A DNA stretch of 64,000 nucleotides, from NCBI RefSeq assembly GCF_009914755.1, contig NC_060936.1, one strand, 5' to 3'. The stretch is from the human T2T-CHM13v2.0 reference genome, Homo sapiens. The notes beneath the pieces were generated by a model, which ran no database searches, was not told where the DNA came from, and saw only the letters and a program-made list of their open reading frames with translations. Numbering within the stretch: position 1 is the stretch's first letter; every line of letters begins with the position of its first letter. Made by a program: the position numbers and the translations under genes. Below, piece by piece: positions 45,961-60,049 of the stretch.

Positions 45961-47479
45961 TTTATCACTACATAGAATCTCCCCTAATAAATGAACCAGA
46001 TTCATTTTTTCCCTCTGTATTTATGGTCAAGATTTAGTAAGCACCTTACTGTATCTAGAAACACTAATAGGTAGTGCTGATAAGGAGAGATTAGAAAATA
46101 GAGACCATCTTTGAGGAATTTACAGTCTGTTGAAAGAAGAGAAATACCCAGAAAGCATGAATAATGATTTAGGCAAGATTAATTAATTAATTAAGGTCAT
46201 TTCCACATTTGATTATTTTAAGACATTCTCCCTTGACTAGGAGGAGTTGGTGAAGCACAGTAAATGAAAATACTTTTTTTCTGCATTTTCGCTTTTTTCC
46301 ACAAGGGATCCAGGTACACCTAAACTGTTTAGATTTTGCTATCTCTAAACAGAACAGCCAAAAAAAAAAAAAAAACCTATTAGTTAAATACTTCTTAATA
46401 TGAAGGCCTTGGGCCACATATTGTGTCATTATAAAAGATTATGTGACCCACTGTCTGTCTTCAAGAAACATTACAGTAGAGGTATGGAGATGAAACATGA
46501 CAGGTAAAAAGATAACTAAAGATACAAGGCATAATACAGAAATCAACTTTCCTTCTGAAGAGGATGCACTGTAGACTGTTATGATCAAGAAAGGCAGAAC
46601 TTAAAGTACAGATGATTAACTCTGATAATAATGTAAGTGGAACCTTGATTTATTATTATGCCCTGTAGTAAATACCTGGTTAAATCCAACTCATGCCTAT
46701 CCAAAGGAAATTGGTCTATATTCTGTGTTTGGGAGGTAGAAAAGAAAGCAAGTGGTAGAAATTACTGACCCAGGTTGTATTATTCTGGAGAGGCTTATAG
46801 AAGCAATGAGTATTTGGGGGATTTGAAAAAGAAACTGGACAAGATTTGTCAAAGAAAAAATTTGTTGGAGGTAGTATTCTAGGGGGAAATACATAGGCAG
46901 TTTGGGAGTGGTATATAACAATAACAACAAAATTTTGTTAAAAATTTGTTTTAAGGAACCAAAAATGTAGCTAACAAAATTTTTACATGATAACCTTTGT
47001 TCATAGATTCTGTACTCGAGGTACTATAGACATATACTACATGAAATCATTTGTTACATGTTTCATTCTTCTAGAAATGGGAGACGTACTAAGTATGGTT
47101 CAATAATGGTTCACAGTAGTAAGGATTTGTTGTGCAATTACTTTGTGCCTAGCATTTTGTTCTACCCAGCCAGAGACTGAAATATGGATTCCATAAACAC
47201 TTTAGATAGGTTACTCAATTTTGTGAGATTTAGTTTCCATTTTTGTTTATAGCTGTGTCTCCCCTGCCTCTGATATCTCCTGATACATGGTGGATACTTG
47301 ACATAGAAAGAGAGAGAGAGAAGAAAGTCATTTGAGTGGATCAAGTAAAATTATATATACATAAAGGATCTGGGATATAATAGGTGCACAGTAAGTTCTT
47401 ATTTGACTTCGTGTCTGCCCTCATTTCTTAGCACAGTGCCTAGCTTATATAATAGAAGGCACTTAATAAAAGCTTCTTG

Positions 47480-48420
47480 AATTAATTCATTTTTCCTTCA
47501 ACCAGCAAATATTCATTAAACACCTGTAATATGCTAGACACTGGGAAGAAAGCAGTAAACAAAACAAAGAAATCTCTGCCCCAGTGGAACTTGGTCTTGT
47601 GGAAGGAGGCAGACAAGTAAACAGATAATTATATACTACGTCCGGTGGTGACAAGTGCTATGAGAGAGGTTCTGGCAGAGTAAGGAGGTGGAGGTGTTGC
47701 AAAAAGAGAGGGCTAAAGGTTAGTGATATGGAGTGGTCAGGGAATGTCTCCTGTAAGTGACATTTTGGCAAACATCTGAAGAAAGTAAGGAGAGAGCCAT
47801 GCAAGTTTCTAGAAAAAGAGTTTCTGGGCAGAAGGAGAAGCAAATTCAAAAGACCTGAGGCAGGAAAGTACTTGGCATGTTTAAGAAGGTCCATGGAGGT
47901 CTGTGTGTCTGTAACAGCATAGGCAGGGAGAATAGTAGAAATGAAGTCAGAGAAGTAGCAGGAAGCCAGATTATGTGGAATCCTGTACGGAAGTTGTAAG
48001 GACCTTGCCTTTTACTGTGAGATGAGAAGCCATGGGAACTGGAGAACTTTGAGGAGTGACATGATCTGACTTTCAAAGGATCATCCTAGCCACTATGTAG
48101 AAAATGAATTAGAGAGTGACCAGCATGGAAGCAGAGACCACTTACAAGGCTTTGGTATTAGTCCAGAGAAATATTGGTACCTTGGACTTGGTAATACTGG
48201 AGGAGGTGGGGAGAAGTGGTTGGATTGTGGGTATATTTCAGAGGTGGAGCTGACATAATATGCTGATGGATAGATATTAAAGAGAGGAGTCAAGGATATT
48301 TCCAAGGTTTTTGTACCAAGCAATTGGGAGAATGGACCTACCATTTAATGAGATGGAAAACTGATGAGGAACAGGTTTGGTGGGAACTTCAAGAGTCCTG
48401 CTTAGGACCCGCTAAATTTA
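47480..48420 (-). mobile_element. L2 fragment (antisense)
   Basis: gtgacaagtgctatg, tgagatgagaagccatggg, gagtgacatgatctgact, gagaggagtcaaggat. Confidence 0.72.
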
Positions 48421-48444
48421 AGAGGTCTATAAAAGCCTGGAGGT

Positions 48445-49160
<716 letters not shown>

Positions 49161-49582
49161 AGAAAAAAGAAACAAGGAATCAGTTATGGGTCCCACCAAG
49201 ACTTAACTGAATCAGAATCTGCATTTTAACAAGATCCCCAGGTGTTTGGAATGCACATTCCAGTCTAAAATCACTAGCCTGAAAAGCCCTAGTTAACAGG
49301 ATGACTTCAGGACACTTTAATATGCTCTGTAATCAGTCTGTAAGTGTAAGTAAGGTGGTGGCAGTGTATTTAATATTGTGTTAGATTGAATATCCTCTAT
49401 ATAGATCTATCATAGATATAATTATCTTAAAAAAATGAAAGTGAGTCCATTTTAATATATTTTCTGCCCTTATTTAAATCTATTAGTTTCTATAGCTCTT
49501 TGTAAAATCCTATAATTTCTGTGATTAAAGAAAGAAGTTTGGAGGTCAGGGAAGAAATCAACAATGGAGATATAATTTAGGG

Positions 49583-49907
49583 CAGGGGTCCCCAACCCCA
49601 GGGCCTGATCCATGGCCTTTAGGAACTGGGCTGCACAGCAGGAGGGGAGCAGCAGGCGAGCATTACTGCCTGAGCGCCGCCTACTGTCGTATCAGCTGGT
49701 GCATTAGATTCTCATAGGAGCACAAACACTATTGCGAACTGCACATGCAAGGGATCTAGGTTGTGTGCTCCTTATGAGAATCTAATGCCTGATGATCTGA
49801 GGTGGAACAGTTTCATCTTGAAACCACCCACCAAGCCCCAGTCTGTGGCAAAATTATCTTCCATGAAACTGGCCAAGTCCCTGGTGCCAAAAGGTTGGGG
49901 ACTGCTG
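49583..49907 (+). mobile_element. MER1B (hAT-Charlie MITE)
   Basis: TIRs caggggtccccaacc / ggttggggactgctg; perfect 8-bp TSD atttaggg at 49575-49582 and 49908-49915. Confidence 0.92.
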
Positions 49908-50193
49908 ATTTAGGGAGTCATCAGGATGCAGAGACTATAAAAAGCCATAAAACTGGATTAGATCACAAATTGAGTAAAAATAATGAAGTTGCCTACAAAC
50001 TCAACCCTTGAATATTCCAACATTAACAAAACAGGAATAGAAAAGACAATTGGCAAAAGAGGCTGAGACAAAGCAACCAATGAGATAGGAGGAGGACCAG
50101 GAGAAAGGTATGTGGGTGGATGAATGGGTGAGTGAGTGAGCAAACTAACAGACAAACTAAGAAAGTTTCATAAGCCCTCTGGGGATCAGTCTA

Positions 50194-50247
50194 TTTGCCA
50201 TTACTTTTAAAAGCAAAAACCACAATTACTTTTGCACCAACCTAATA
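50194..50247. mobile_element. Partial MADE1 (Hsmar1 MITE)
   Basis: ttgccattacttt...gcaaaaaccacaattacttttgcaccaacctaata; one intact TIR plus the spacer. Confidence 0.85.
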
Positions 50248-50430
50248 CAAAACAGGGATGAGAGTGATGTTACTATCTCCTTTGCGGGATTACTGTGAGG
50301 ATTATAAATAATGTATATATATCATCTATTACAGCAACTAATGCATAGAAAGTACTAAAAAATTAATAGCCATTTTTATTATAAAATTAAATAGCTAGAA
50401 AACATAAGTACAGTTTTTTTAATTAAATAA

Positions 50431-50664
50431 AGGTTGAGTGTCCCTATGTAGAAGTCCAGAATGCTCCCAAATCTGCAACTTTTTGAGCACCAACATGATG
50501 CTCAAAGGAAATGGTCATTTTGGAGCATTTCTGATTTCAGATTCTAGGATTAAGGATGCTTAATCCAGATGTATGTATAACACGAGATATTTCAAAATCC
50601 CCCCAAAATAGAAGTCCGAAGCACTTCTGGTCCCAAGCATTTTGGATAAGATATACTCAACCTA
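50431..50664 (-). mobile_element. Tigger4a/MER46-like MITE
   Basis: TIRs aggttgagtgtccct / gatatactcaacct; internal cacttctggtcccaagcattttggataag and tgctcaaaggaaatg. Confidence 0.82.
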
Positions 50665-51085
50665 TACTGAAAATGTTGGAGGACTCAAGAGAAGGTAAAA
50701 ATCAGTATGACTCGGGGTATTAGGGAAGTCTTCATGGAAGAAAGAGAAACTTGACCTAAACTTCAAAATGGATTTTCATAGAGGCAAGTTGAGGCATTCC
50801 AGGTGTTGAGATAAACAAAAACTCGGAAATTCTCTTGAGGATAGTGTGATGATACAGTGAAGAGATGTTTCTGTTCAAATGAAACCTCATCAGAGGCATG
50901 AAATCACTTGAGGTCTGGTTTTTGTTGTTTAGTTTTACTTGGAAGCTAACCTTTTTTTTTTTTTTTTTTTTTGCTCCTACAATACAAACCCCAGTAGACA
51001 TTACAAGACTGGCCAGTTGCATTGTACCATCCTCACTCACTCTAGTAGCCTCGATTGATGATGGTTTTTGCATTTGTGCCATCAG

Positions 51086-51230
51086 GTTTTACCACCGTTG
51101 AGGGATGTGACAAATCGACCTGAAGTTGGCTCAACTGTGAGAAATAAGCTGGTGCGCCTCATGACACATGTTGACCTTGGAGTCAAGCAAATTGCTGCTG
51201 AATTCCTTTTTGTCCTTTGCAAAGAGAGAG
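51086..51230 (+). CDS. RIC8B: RIC8B coding exon (exon 7), 145 nt, phase 0-1: [48 protein letters not shown](V)
   Basis: Acceptor catcag|GTT, donor GAG|gtaggt. Hallmark Ric-8 sequence [13 protein letters not shown]...RNKLVRLMT...AAEFLFVLC. Confidence 0.97.
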
Positions 51231-53087
51231 GTAGGTTAAACTCTCTTTGCCTCTGCCTTTTATCTTTCAGAGGGACTTTGAGAAATTTAATTGATAGTGT
51301 TAGTACTGGTCGTCTCATTCCATTCTTTCCAAAGCTTACTGTCTGTTCTATTAGAGAGGCTGAGGAGTTAATAAAAATTAATAGCCAAAAACATTTGTAT
51401 ACGCTTCTGAATTCATTGAGACATGCAAAGACAGATACATTACCAAACACACTCACATTTAAACTTTGCCTTCTGTATCCTTAACCCAGCCTTCATCTTA
51501 ATGGGGCAGGACATAGAGCCATTATGAAAAATTGGTTCAGTAATTCAGCGGCTACTATTTTAATAAGAGGCACAGGTCTGGGTTAATTCCTCTTTTTAAT
51601 TCCTCTTGGAATTAAAGCTATAGGAGTTTTGGTTTCTTTACTACGTTTTCCAATCAGTACTTACTGAATGTGAGCTATATAATATACTGAATAGAAATTT
51701 TTAAAATGCATAATACCCTTGAGACAAAGTTAAGATAGTGGTAGAGAGAAATTTTAAAATAACTGTACTACAGTGTAATAAATACTACTCTATAAGTGTA
51801 TATAAAGTGATTGTCTACTGAGATAGATCCAACAATTAAAGATATTTTCTAAAATTATATGGATTACTCTGCAAAAGGCAAGTTTTCCAAACAAGTAACT
51901 TTGATTATTCAGTTATTCCTACTTATTTTTTCTTCTTCTACTTTGTAAGTCTGCTAGTATAAAATCCCATCTAAGCAGATCTATGTTCTACTTTTTTAAA
52001 GTACCCCAGTTTTATAAGATAGATAATTTGGAGATGGAAAAGTTCACTCCTCCTAAAATCTTAAGTCAATTGTTATTCTTAAACTTCATTTCTGATGTAT
52101 TGATCCAACCACTTAAGTTCACATTAAGATGGTATGTTAGTAACCTAATTTGATCATTATTATAATGGTGATTATGAATTGAGAGGTATCATGTGCCTGA
52201 CATTCTATGTATAATCTCATTTAATTCTCATAATGACTCTCTAAGGTAAATATTATATTTTGATTTCATAAATGAAGCAACCTGCCACCTGAGAGCCTTT
52301 CAATAACATGTCACACAGTTGCTGAGGGCATGAGCCCAAATTTGGGTCCTGTCTTTTCTTTCTGCCATATTTCCTCTCATAATAATTATATTAACTATTA
52401 TCATAGACTGTTTAGCATCTGTTCTTTTAGACAATTTACTTCTTCTTTAATGACTTTGAAAAAAGATTGATTTAGCATCTTGGAATTAAGTGGTTAGCAT
52501 AGTGCCTTGCACATAGTTATCTGTAAATATTGGCTGAATTGAATTGATTCGAGATCGGAAATGATCTGTTTTTTAAAGTGTAATTATACATGCTTATGCA
52601 TAAATCCAAAATCACACATATGTGTATCTATTCATTTTAAAAAGTTTGTCAAAATATATACCAAAATATTATTTATTGTTACCTCTGAGTAATAAGAGAA
52701 CTGGTGATTTTTTTAGTTGTCTGTATAATTTTTCTATAATGAACATGTATTTTTTTGTATACCTTTAAAAAGTTTTAAAATGGGGAAAATAAAGTTTATT
52801 TCTCCTGTAATTACACACCTAAGTGTATATCTAAATATATAAATCTAAATAAATAATTACATATCTAAATAATTTCTAAATGTAATCACATTACCGATGA
52901 GTATCATAGCAAATATGGTAAATTGCATTTATAAGTGAATTTTGTTAACTTTTTAAATTTAAAATGGTTGGTTTTGCTCCCTCTTGGACCCAGTATTTAG
53001 TTTCATAGTCCTGTCTTTGAGCCCAAAGCTAACCTCCATTAGCAGATAATATATTTTTAATTTGACCTCAACAATTCTGCTTTATAG

Positions 53088-53089
<2 letters not shown>

Positions 53090-53123
<34 letters not shown>

Positions 53124-53402
53124 AGACAGAGTCTCACTCCGTCGCCCAGGCTGGAGTGCAGTGGTGCAATCTCGGCTCACTGCAACCTCCGCCTCCCAGG
53201 TTGAAGCGATTCTCCTGCCTCAGCCGTCTGAGTAGCTGGGACTACAGGCACATGCCAACATGCCTGGCTAATTTTTGTATTTTTAGTAGAGATGGGGTTT
53301 CACCATATTGGCCAGGATGGTCTCGAACTCCTGTCCTTGTGATCTGCCCACCTCGGCCTCCCAAAGTGCTGGTATTACAGGCATGAGCCACCGCACCTGA
53401 CC
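53090..53402 (-). mobile_element. Alu (AluS) with ~33-nt T tract
   Basis: Antisense dimer. Confidence 0.92.
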
Positions 53403-53567
53403 TATAATCATTTTTTTCCTTCCAATTTGATTATAAGTTTAGTAAATGTATTCTTCCGGAATAAACAGACATTTGTTCAACAAATGTTTTTGAACTAGAC
53501 CCTGGAATTACAGAGATATATAAGATAAACAGTGTTTCTGCCCATGTATTACTTACTTTTTTATTTA

Positions 53568-53935
53568 AGGGTCACAGACTCAAATGCCTACAGCAGCCAG
53601 GCTGGTAATAAAAGTAAGTCAAGTGGACTAGATGTAAGATGAACAAATGAAAGCTGACACTTGGCTCACTGTTGGGGAGACAATTGGCTGGTGTAGGGAG
53701 ACGAAGGGACTATGGGAGATTATAAAGAGTATGTTGCTACTATTTAGCAGCGACTGATGGTTACCATCAAGGAACATGTGGCCAGGGTTAGCAGATGTTC
53801 CATGTTTTCAAGAGAAGCTCTCTGTTTTTAAATGTTGTCAGCTAGTTCAAATTTAAAACCTTCTGGCCAGAAAAAAAGAAAATGTCTGCAGTTTACCTTC
53901 AACTTAACAGTAATCAGATTTTGGAATTTGGGTTT
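53568..53935 (-). mobile_element. MER102-like hAT-Charlie element
   Basis: gggtcacagactcaaatgcctacag...ttttcaagagaagc...aatgtctgcag matches the MER102 reverse complement. Confidence 0.65.
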
Positions 53936-53949
53936 GGAGGTAGACTATT

Positions 53950-53977
53950 AAAATAAAATAAAATAAAATAAAATAAA
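53950..53977. repeat. (AAAAT)n microsatellite
   Basis: Directly visible. Confidence 0.9.
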
Positions 53978-54146
53978 TTTCAAATAATTTTTCAGAATGT
54001 CTGAACTGTCTCTTAAGGATATGCCAAGTAAATTTGAAAGTGAAGGCACCTTGATCAAGGCTCAAAGGTCAGACCACTAAGTAGAGACAGACAGTAAGCA
54101 GCAGTTATAATGGGTTAGGAACACAGAGACTGCATTAAGAAAGAGG

Positions 54147-54465
<319 letters not shown>

Positions 54466-54949
54466 TTATGGAAGACTAGGCACAGAAAGAACCATCCAAA
54501 GGTCTTAAATACCCATCTGTGCCAGGCCCAACGGTATCTCCAGCACATAATGGCCCACAGGTTAACTTGTACTCATGCCATTAACTTGTTCAATTGAGCC
54601 TGAACATGACTATTTTTATCTCCCTGCAAATTGTGTACCTTCTACTAGGGGCCTAAAAATAGGCCTTACATTGTTTAATTAAAAGAAGATGATTTGTAAA
54701 ATAATCTGCCTTGGTAGGGGTTCCCCCCCCACCTTTTATCGTATTCATTAAATCTCAGTATGTGGTAGGCATTATGATGTAGGGGCTGAATTGCAAAGAA
54801 AAATTAGGCTTGAACTCCCTTAGCACATAGCCCCACACCAATAAATTTACTGTAATACCCACTTCAGTCTCAGAGGAATAGGTTGTCTCTTTAGCTTGAG
54901 GTTCACTAGTCTCCCTTTCCTGTTGATCATTTCTCTTCCTGTGTTTGCA

Positions 54950-56430
54950 GAAGTGTTGCTCCATCACTCATTACCCTTTATTCTTTTGTTCTTTGAACTC
55001 GCCCTATGTGCTTTCCCCAATCTCTATGCATACTTATATCACTGTCCTTCACTGCTTAACATCTTGAAAAACTTAGTCCTCAACTTGCTGCAAGTCAGGC
55101 TTTCCATAACCATTCACTACCCACCAAATACCACTGAAAATGCTCTCAATAAGGTCACAAATTACCTGATTTTCAAAAGCAATGGGTATTTTTTAGTCTT
55201 TGTCTTATTACGTCTCTCATAACAGTTAATGCTGTTGTCCACTTCCTTTGTTTGTGTACTACCACACACTCCTAGATGTCCTTTGACCTCTCTTCTTTCT
55301 TTGCAGTCTGATTTGCTAGCTCCTGTCCTTGTCCACATTTAATTGCTGGTGTTCCCTAAAGTAATCTTTTGGTCCCAATCCTCACTTCACATTGCTCCCT
55401 GAGTAATCTTATCCTCTCCCTTGGCTTCTGTTTGCGTAGATTCCCAAATCTATGTATCTTTAGCCCCAACCTTTCTTCTGAACCCGGTCATATTTATCTA
55501 CTTGCTTACTGGACCTCTCTGCCTGAGTTTCTCACTGGTATCTCAAACTCATAGCTAAAGTTGAATTTATGATCTTCATTCCCATGCCCTTCGACCTTTT
55601 CATTATCCTTCTATCACTTTCTCTGCAAACAGTACCACTGTCTGTTTAGTTCCTAAAGCCAGAAACTTAGGAGTTACCCTAGATTCCTTCTTTACCTGTA
55701 GAAGTCATAATCACCACATCTGTAGATTTTACCTCCTGTTAAATATCTTTTATTTATTTCCCCCATTCTGTTCCCACACCACCATCTTAGTGCAGACCCT
55801 TAAAATTATTTTAACTATTAATAAGCTATTAAAATATCTCATCTCTCTGTTTCTAGTCAGATTTTCTTCAGTTTCTCTTCCACGTGGTTAACAGAGGGAT
55901 TGGTGTAAAACACAAATATAATCTTGTCATTCCCCTCATATAAAACTTTCAGTGATTCTCTGTTGCCTGCATGGTAAAAACCAAATTTTACCTCCACAGA
56001 GTCTCTGTGTAGTGTATTTTAAATCTGTTCCCCTGTTACACTGCATGCTTAATCATACTAAATTCTTTATTCTTGCCTGATTATACTGCACCATTTCTTG
56101 GCATATCTCCATGGCTTGGCAGATGCTGTTCCTTTTGTGAGGAATGCTCTTCCTCATCTTTGTTACCATGGCGAGCTTTACTTATCCTTGAAGACCAGCT
56201 TAAGCATCATCTCTGTGAAGACCTTCCAGGCAGAGTTCGTCATTTTCTCCTTTGTGCCATTTTTCCTTCTCTGTTGTTAATACTTTTGACATTTGCTATG
56301 TTGTAACTCTTTATTTGTTGAACTTACATTCTAGACACTGAGTTTCCTTTAGGTCGGAGATCATGTCCTACTCATCTTTGGATCCCCAGTGCTTAACAGA
56401 TAGCAGGTGCCCCATAAATGTTTAATAAAA
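54950..56430 (+). mobile_element. L2 fragment including the 3' end
   Basis: ccactgaaaatgctctcaataaggtcac, aagccagaaacttaggagttaccctagattcc, ccccagtgcttaacagatagcaggtgcccataaatgttt. Confidence 0.72.
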
Positions 56431-58499
56431 GAGCAAATGCTTGTGCTCTCTATAAATTCAGGCTGGTGAATACAGGGTCCCATTTAAAGGAGTAATTTCA
56501 GTACACTATGATAAGTGCCCTAAGAAGAAATGTGCCGGTGCTATGGCAACCTGGAAGAGGGAATGCTTGGGCGGTGTGGAGGAGATCAGAGAAAGTCTTC
56601 ACAGAAGAGGACAGAGAAATAGGAAGTAGCCTTGAATGTATAGAAAAGAGACTGGTTTAATGTGTGAGGAATCTTTAGGAGACAAGTTTGGAAAAGACAG
56701 CAGAGGCCAGAAAACGAGCCCTTTAGGCCCCTGTTTTGGAATTTGAGCTTAGTTTTTAGGGGAAGACGTTAGAGATTTTATCCAGGAAGGTTGTAAAATC
56801 CTATTTTTGCTTTACAAAGATATTTTGGGCAGTTGTGTGGAATAAGAAATGGAGGAGTGTGAGACTGTATGGACACCAAGACGAAGCCACTAGTTGAGTC
56901 TTCTAAAAGTTACAGCATTTGACTAGAAGGAAAAGGATTTTCACAGAGAAGGGGGAATGGTCTCTGGGTAGAATCTGGTTCTTGACATTCTTTGTTCTTG
57001 GTAAAAGAGCAAAAACGTATTGCTTTTATTTTAGAGTGTGGTAGAACCCACATTTGTGTAACTGTCTATGTTATTACCAGTGCAGTTCTGACTTTGCACA
57101 GTGCTGCTGTGGTTGGTTTCCTCTGTTCATAGTGCCCTCTAGCATCCTGATAAAATAGTGGTGAAATATTTCTCGCAACTTTTTGACTGAATGCTGAATT
57201 GTTTCATTTAGGCAGCATTTTCATATAACTGCATGGATAATTACTATGCAAGGAACAAATATATTTGTGTGTTTCCTTTTTATTTTAGAACCACCCAGAA
57301 AATCTTTTGTTTGCACTAGCAGCTCACCTTAACATCCAAGTGCAGTCAGTTTTCCGTTTACTACTTTCCCAGTATCAAATAGGATATTTTATGGTGTATT
57401 TGAAAACAGACTTAAAAGTAGCTAGAAACACTGCTTCAATGCTTCTCACTGTGAGGATTTCGTATTTCATTTGTCTCACCTTCTCTACCCCTAATTTTTG
57501 GGTATTTTATCCTGTTAACAGAAGTTCATGTGATTTTAAAACTCTTGGCTATACCCTTTATCTACTTTGAAAGCAAACTATGTCTTAAGTCACCTTTGTA
57601 ACCCACACTGCCTGTCATAGAGTTAGCACATAAGGTTTGTTCCAGTGAAAGAGGAGTTGACACGATTTTCATAAAATTGCCGGGGGCTTTTACTGTTAAC
57701 TGGCTTCCAGAGAGATTTTCTACATAAGAGAACAGTTATTTAGTATTCTGTTTACTTCTGTTTAACCTATTTTGGCTTTTCATAACCTTTGCATTTTTAA
57801 ACTCTTTTAATTTTTCGCCATTTTGTGTCTTTTTAAATTATTGTTATTTTGTCTTTAAGTATATTCATTTAAACATTTATTCATATCTCAATTTAGAGTT
57901 TCCTAATTGTAATGAGTATTTCTTTTCTGGATCCACTAAACCTCCTTGTTTGTTAAAAATAAGCTTTATCAGTAATGCTTACAATGATAGCATCACCTAC
58001 TATCTGTAAGTTACTTTGTGTGGGTTTAGATCTGTGATCCTTTGCCTTCAGTCGCTTTGTGTCTGACCATGTCATTAAGAAAATGTTTGACCTTCATGAA
58101 TATTAAGAATACCTATATACACTGAACACTCATTTCTTCTGCTCGTACTTTTTAAGGATTCCTTCATTTATCTAAAGCACTACATCTTGGGGAGGCACTG
58201 ATGCCAAGAGAGAGCATATCAGACTTATTCAGAGGGCTTACCCCACCCTCATTCAATAATTCTAATAGGATTCTATCCAGCACCCACTGAGAATTATTAC
58301 AGAGAGACCACAGTTACCAATAGGTTTTAAGATTGAAAATGACTAGTTTCAACATCATTTAATATACTCATTAGCCCATGTTTCCTTTTGCACAAATTTC
58401 ACCAGTTTGCTATATTATTTGAAAGTAGGGCTTCCTTTCATTTATCCCCATACCACTTATTTTCGGTGTCGTGAGAAGGACCCTCTAGTTCAGGTATTT

Positions 58500-58810
58500 G
58501 AAAATGTAACAGTAAACTCTATCCTAGAATATATTTATCCTGTCCGTATCCTCCATGATTTTATACTCTGATCATATATACCCACTTTTCTTACCTATTT
58601 TCCTTTCCACCATCCCTTTCAGTTCCCCAGTCATTTTAATTACCTTTTTCTGAATCTTCTCCAGCTCTATTTTGTCTTTTTTGAGGTAAGTGATCTGAAT
58701 TACAGATGTAGATTTTACTATGGCTTTATACGTGGATAAGATTGTATGTTATGTTGTGTTTCCTACAGTTGCCTTTCAGATGACATTTTAACAACATTCT
58801 GTTAAAGACC
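58500..58810 (-). mobile_element. L3/CR1-type LINE RT fragment
   Basis: tcattttaattaccttttt ctgaatcttctccagctctattttgtcttttttgaggtaagtgatctgaattac resembles antisense CR1/L3 RT sequence. Confidence 0.5.
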
Positions 58811-59169
58811 TTAAGTAAATTTTCTCAATTCTTATCTTTTGATTAAATATTCTGTTTACCTTGAAATTGTACCTGAAGAAAATGAAATACTGCTAAACAA
58901 AGCTGCCAGTTATTGCTTAGTATCTTCCTTAAAGGTGTTTAGAAATCACTAAAAACATTACTGCAGTGCAAGTGTCCCTTGCAAAAGTTGTGTGTGTCTG
59001 CTCATCTTAAGAGAGACATCACCTGACCCTGTTGGCAGGATAATACTTTCAGAGAGCCTGAACCAAACTTTTCATTAGGCTTCCTTTTTTTTTTAAACTA
59101 AGATAATTCTAAAATGATCATTTTACCCACTCTTCTCAGAGAAAAAGAATGATTGTTTACTTCTTGGTA

Positions 59170-59330
59170 GATACTTTTCATACTTTGCATATATTAACTT
59201 GTGAGGTAGATAGTTACTATTCTGTTTCTACAGATTAGAAAACTAGGATAAAGCTGCAAAATATCTTACCCAAGGTCAACCAATTAGTAATTGGTAGAGC
59301 CAGTATTGAAATCCAGCCAGTCTAACTCCT
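59170..59330 (-). mobile_element. MIR
   Basis: ttgtgaggtagatagttactattctgtttctacagattagaaaacta...cttacccaaggtca...ggtagagccagtattgaaatccag. Confidence 0.65.
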
Positions 59331-59904
59331 GGGTCTACCTTCGTAATGGGCTTCATGTGCTTATATATGGTTGCCGACTTTTTATTTTAAAAAAGCAGTA
59401 AGTTATCACCTATGCTATTTGCTAATATTCTTCCTTAAGTTTTCTTTATTTCTTACTTCCTTTTCCTCCAATTCCAACAAAGAATGAGAGAGAGATTTTA
59501 CATTATGTGCCATATTGCTAAAGTCCCAATCTGACTTTCACTCTCTCTAGTTTCTTATCATTTCTCCAAAACTGGATTTTTAAATAGTAAGATCTGAGAT
59601 CAGAAACTTAAAGCGTGACCCTTACCAAAGGCCTGGCAGTCACAGAGGCCCCACTTTTGCCATAAAGTGTGTTCAGAACAGCTCTGCTTTAGTTTCTGGT
59701 ACCTCAAAAAAGGCTCTTAGTCCCCAGAACCTATGGGAAAATTTGTAAGTAGTTCAGTATAACCACTACCACATTTTGAAATTCTCTCAGTTTAAAGGTT
59801 TACTGCCATAGTGTGTGTCTTCAATCTTCTTGTGTTGGTGAGTGGTTGATGATGATGGTGAAGACCCAAGGATTCCTATCTAAAACCCTATTCTGTTTTT
59901 GCAG

Positions 59905-60049
59905 TGGATAGTCTGCTGAAATACACTGGCTATGGGAATGCTGCAGGACTGTTGGCGGCCAGGGGCCTCTTGGCTGGAGGAAGAGGAGATAATTGGTACT
60001 CAGAGGATGAGGACACAGACACTGAAGAATACAAAAATGCAAAACCAAA
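59905..60049 (+). CDS. RIC8B: RIC8B coding exon (exon 8), 145 nt, phase 1-2: (V)[47 protein letters not shown]
   Basis: Acceptor ttctgtttttgcag|TG. Invariant [13 protein letters not shown] motif and acidic SEDEDTDT motif. Donor AA|gtatag is atypical (see findings). Confidence 0.95.

Noticed and set aside
51241-51270. Strong-looking acceptor (ctgccttttatctttcag) 40 nt after the exon-7 donor
   Set aside because: Too close to form an intron, no GT follows for recursive splicing, and it hits a stop within 8 codons if joined to exon 6.
51231-51484. Exon-7 ORF continues about 84 codons into intron 7
   Set aside because: A canonical donor sits at 51231 and the extension has no Ric-8 similarity; a chance open frame unless retention is shown.
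52820-52885. Four spaced copies of tctaaat
   Set aside because: Degenerate AT-rich low-complexity sequence with irregular spacing; not an array.
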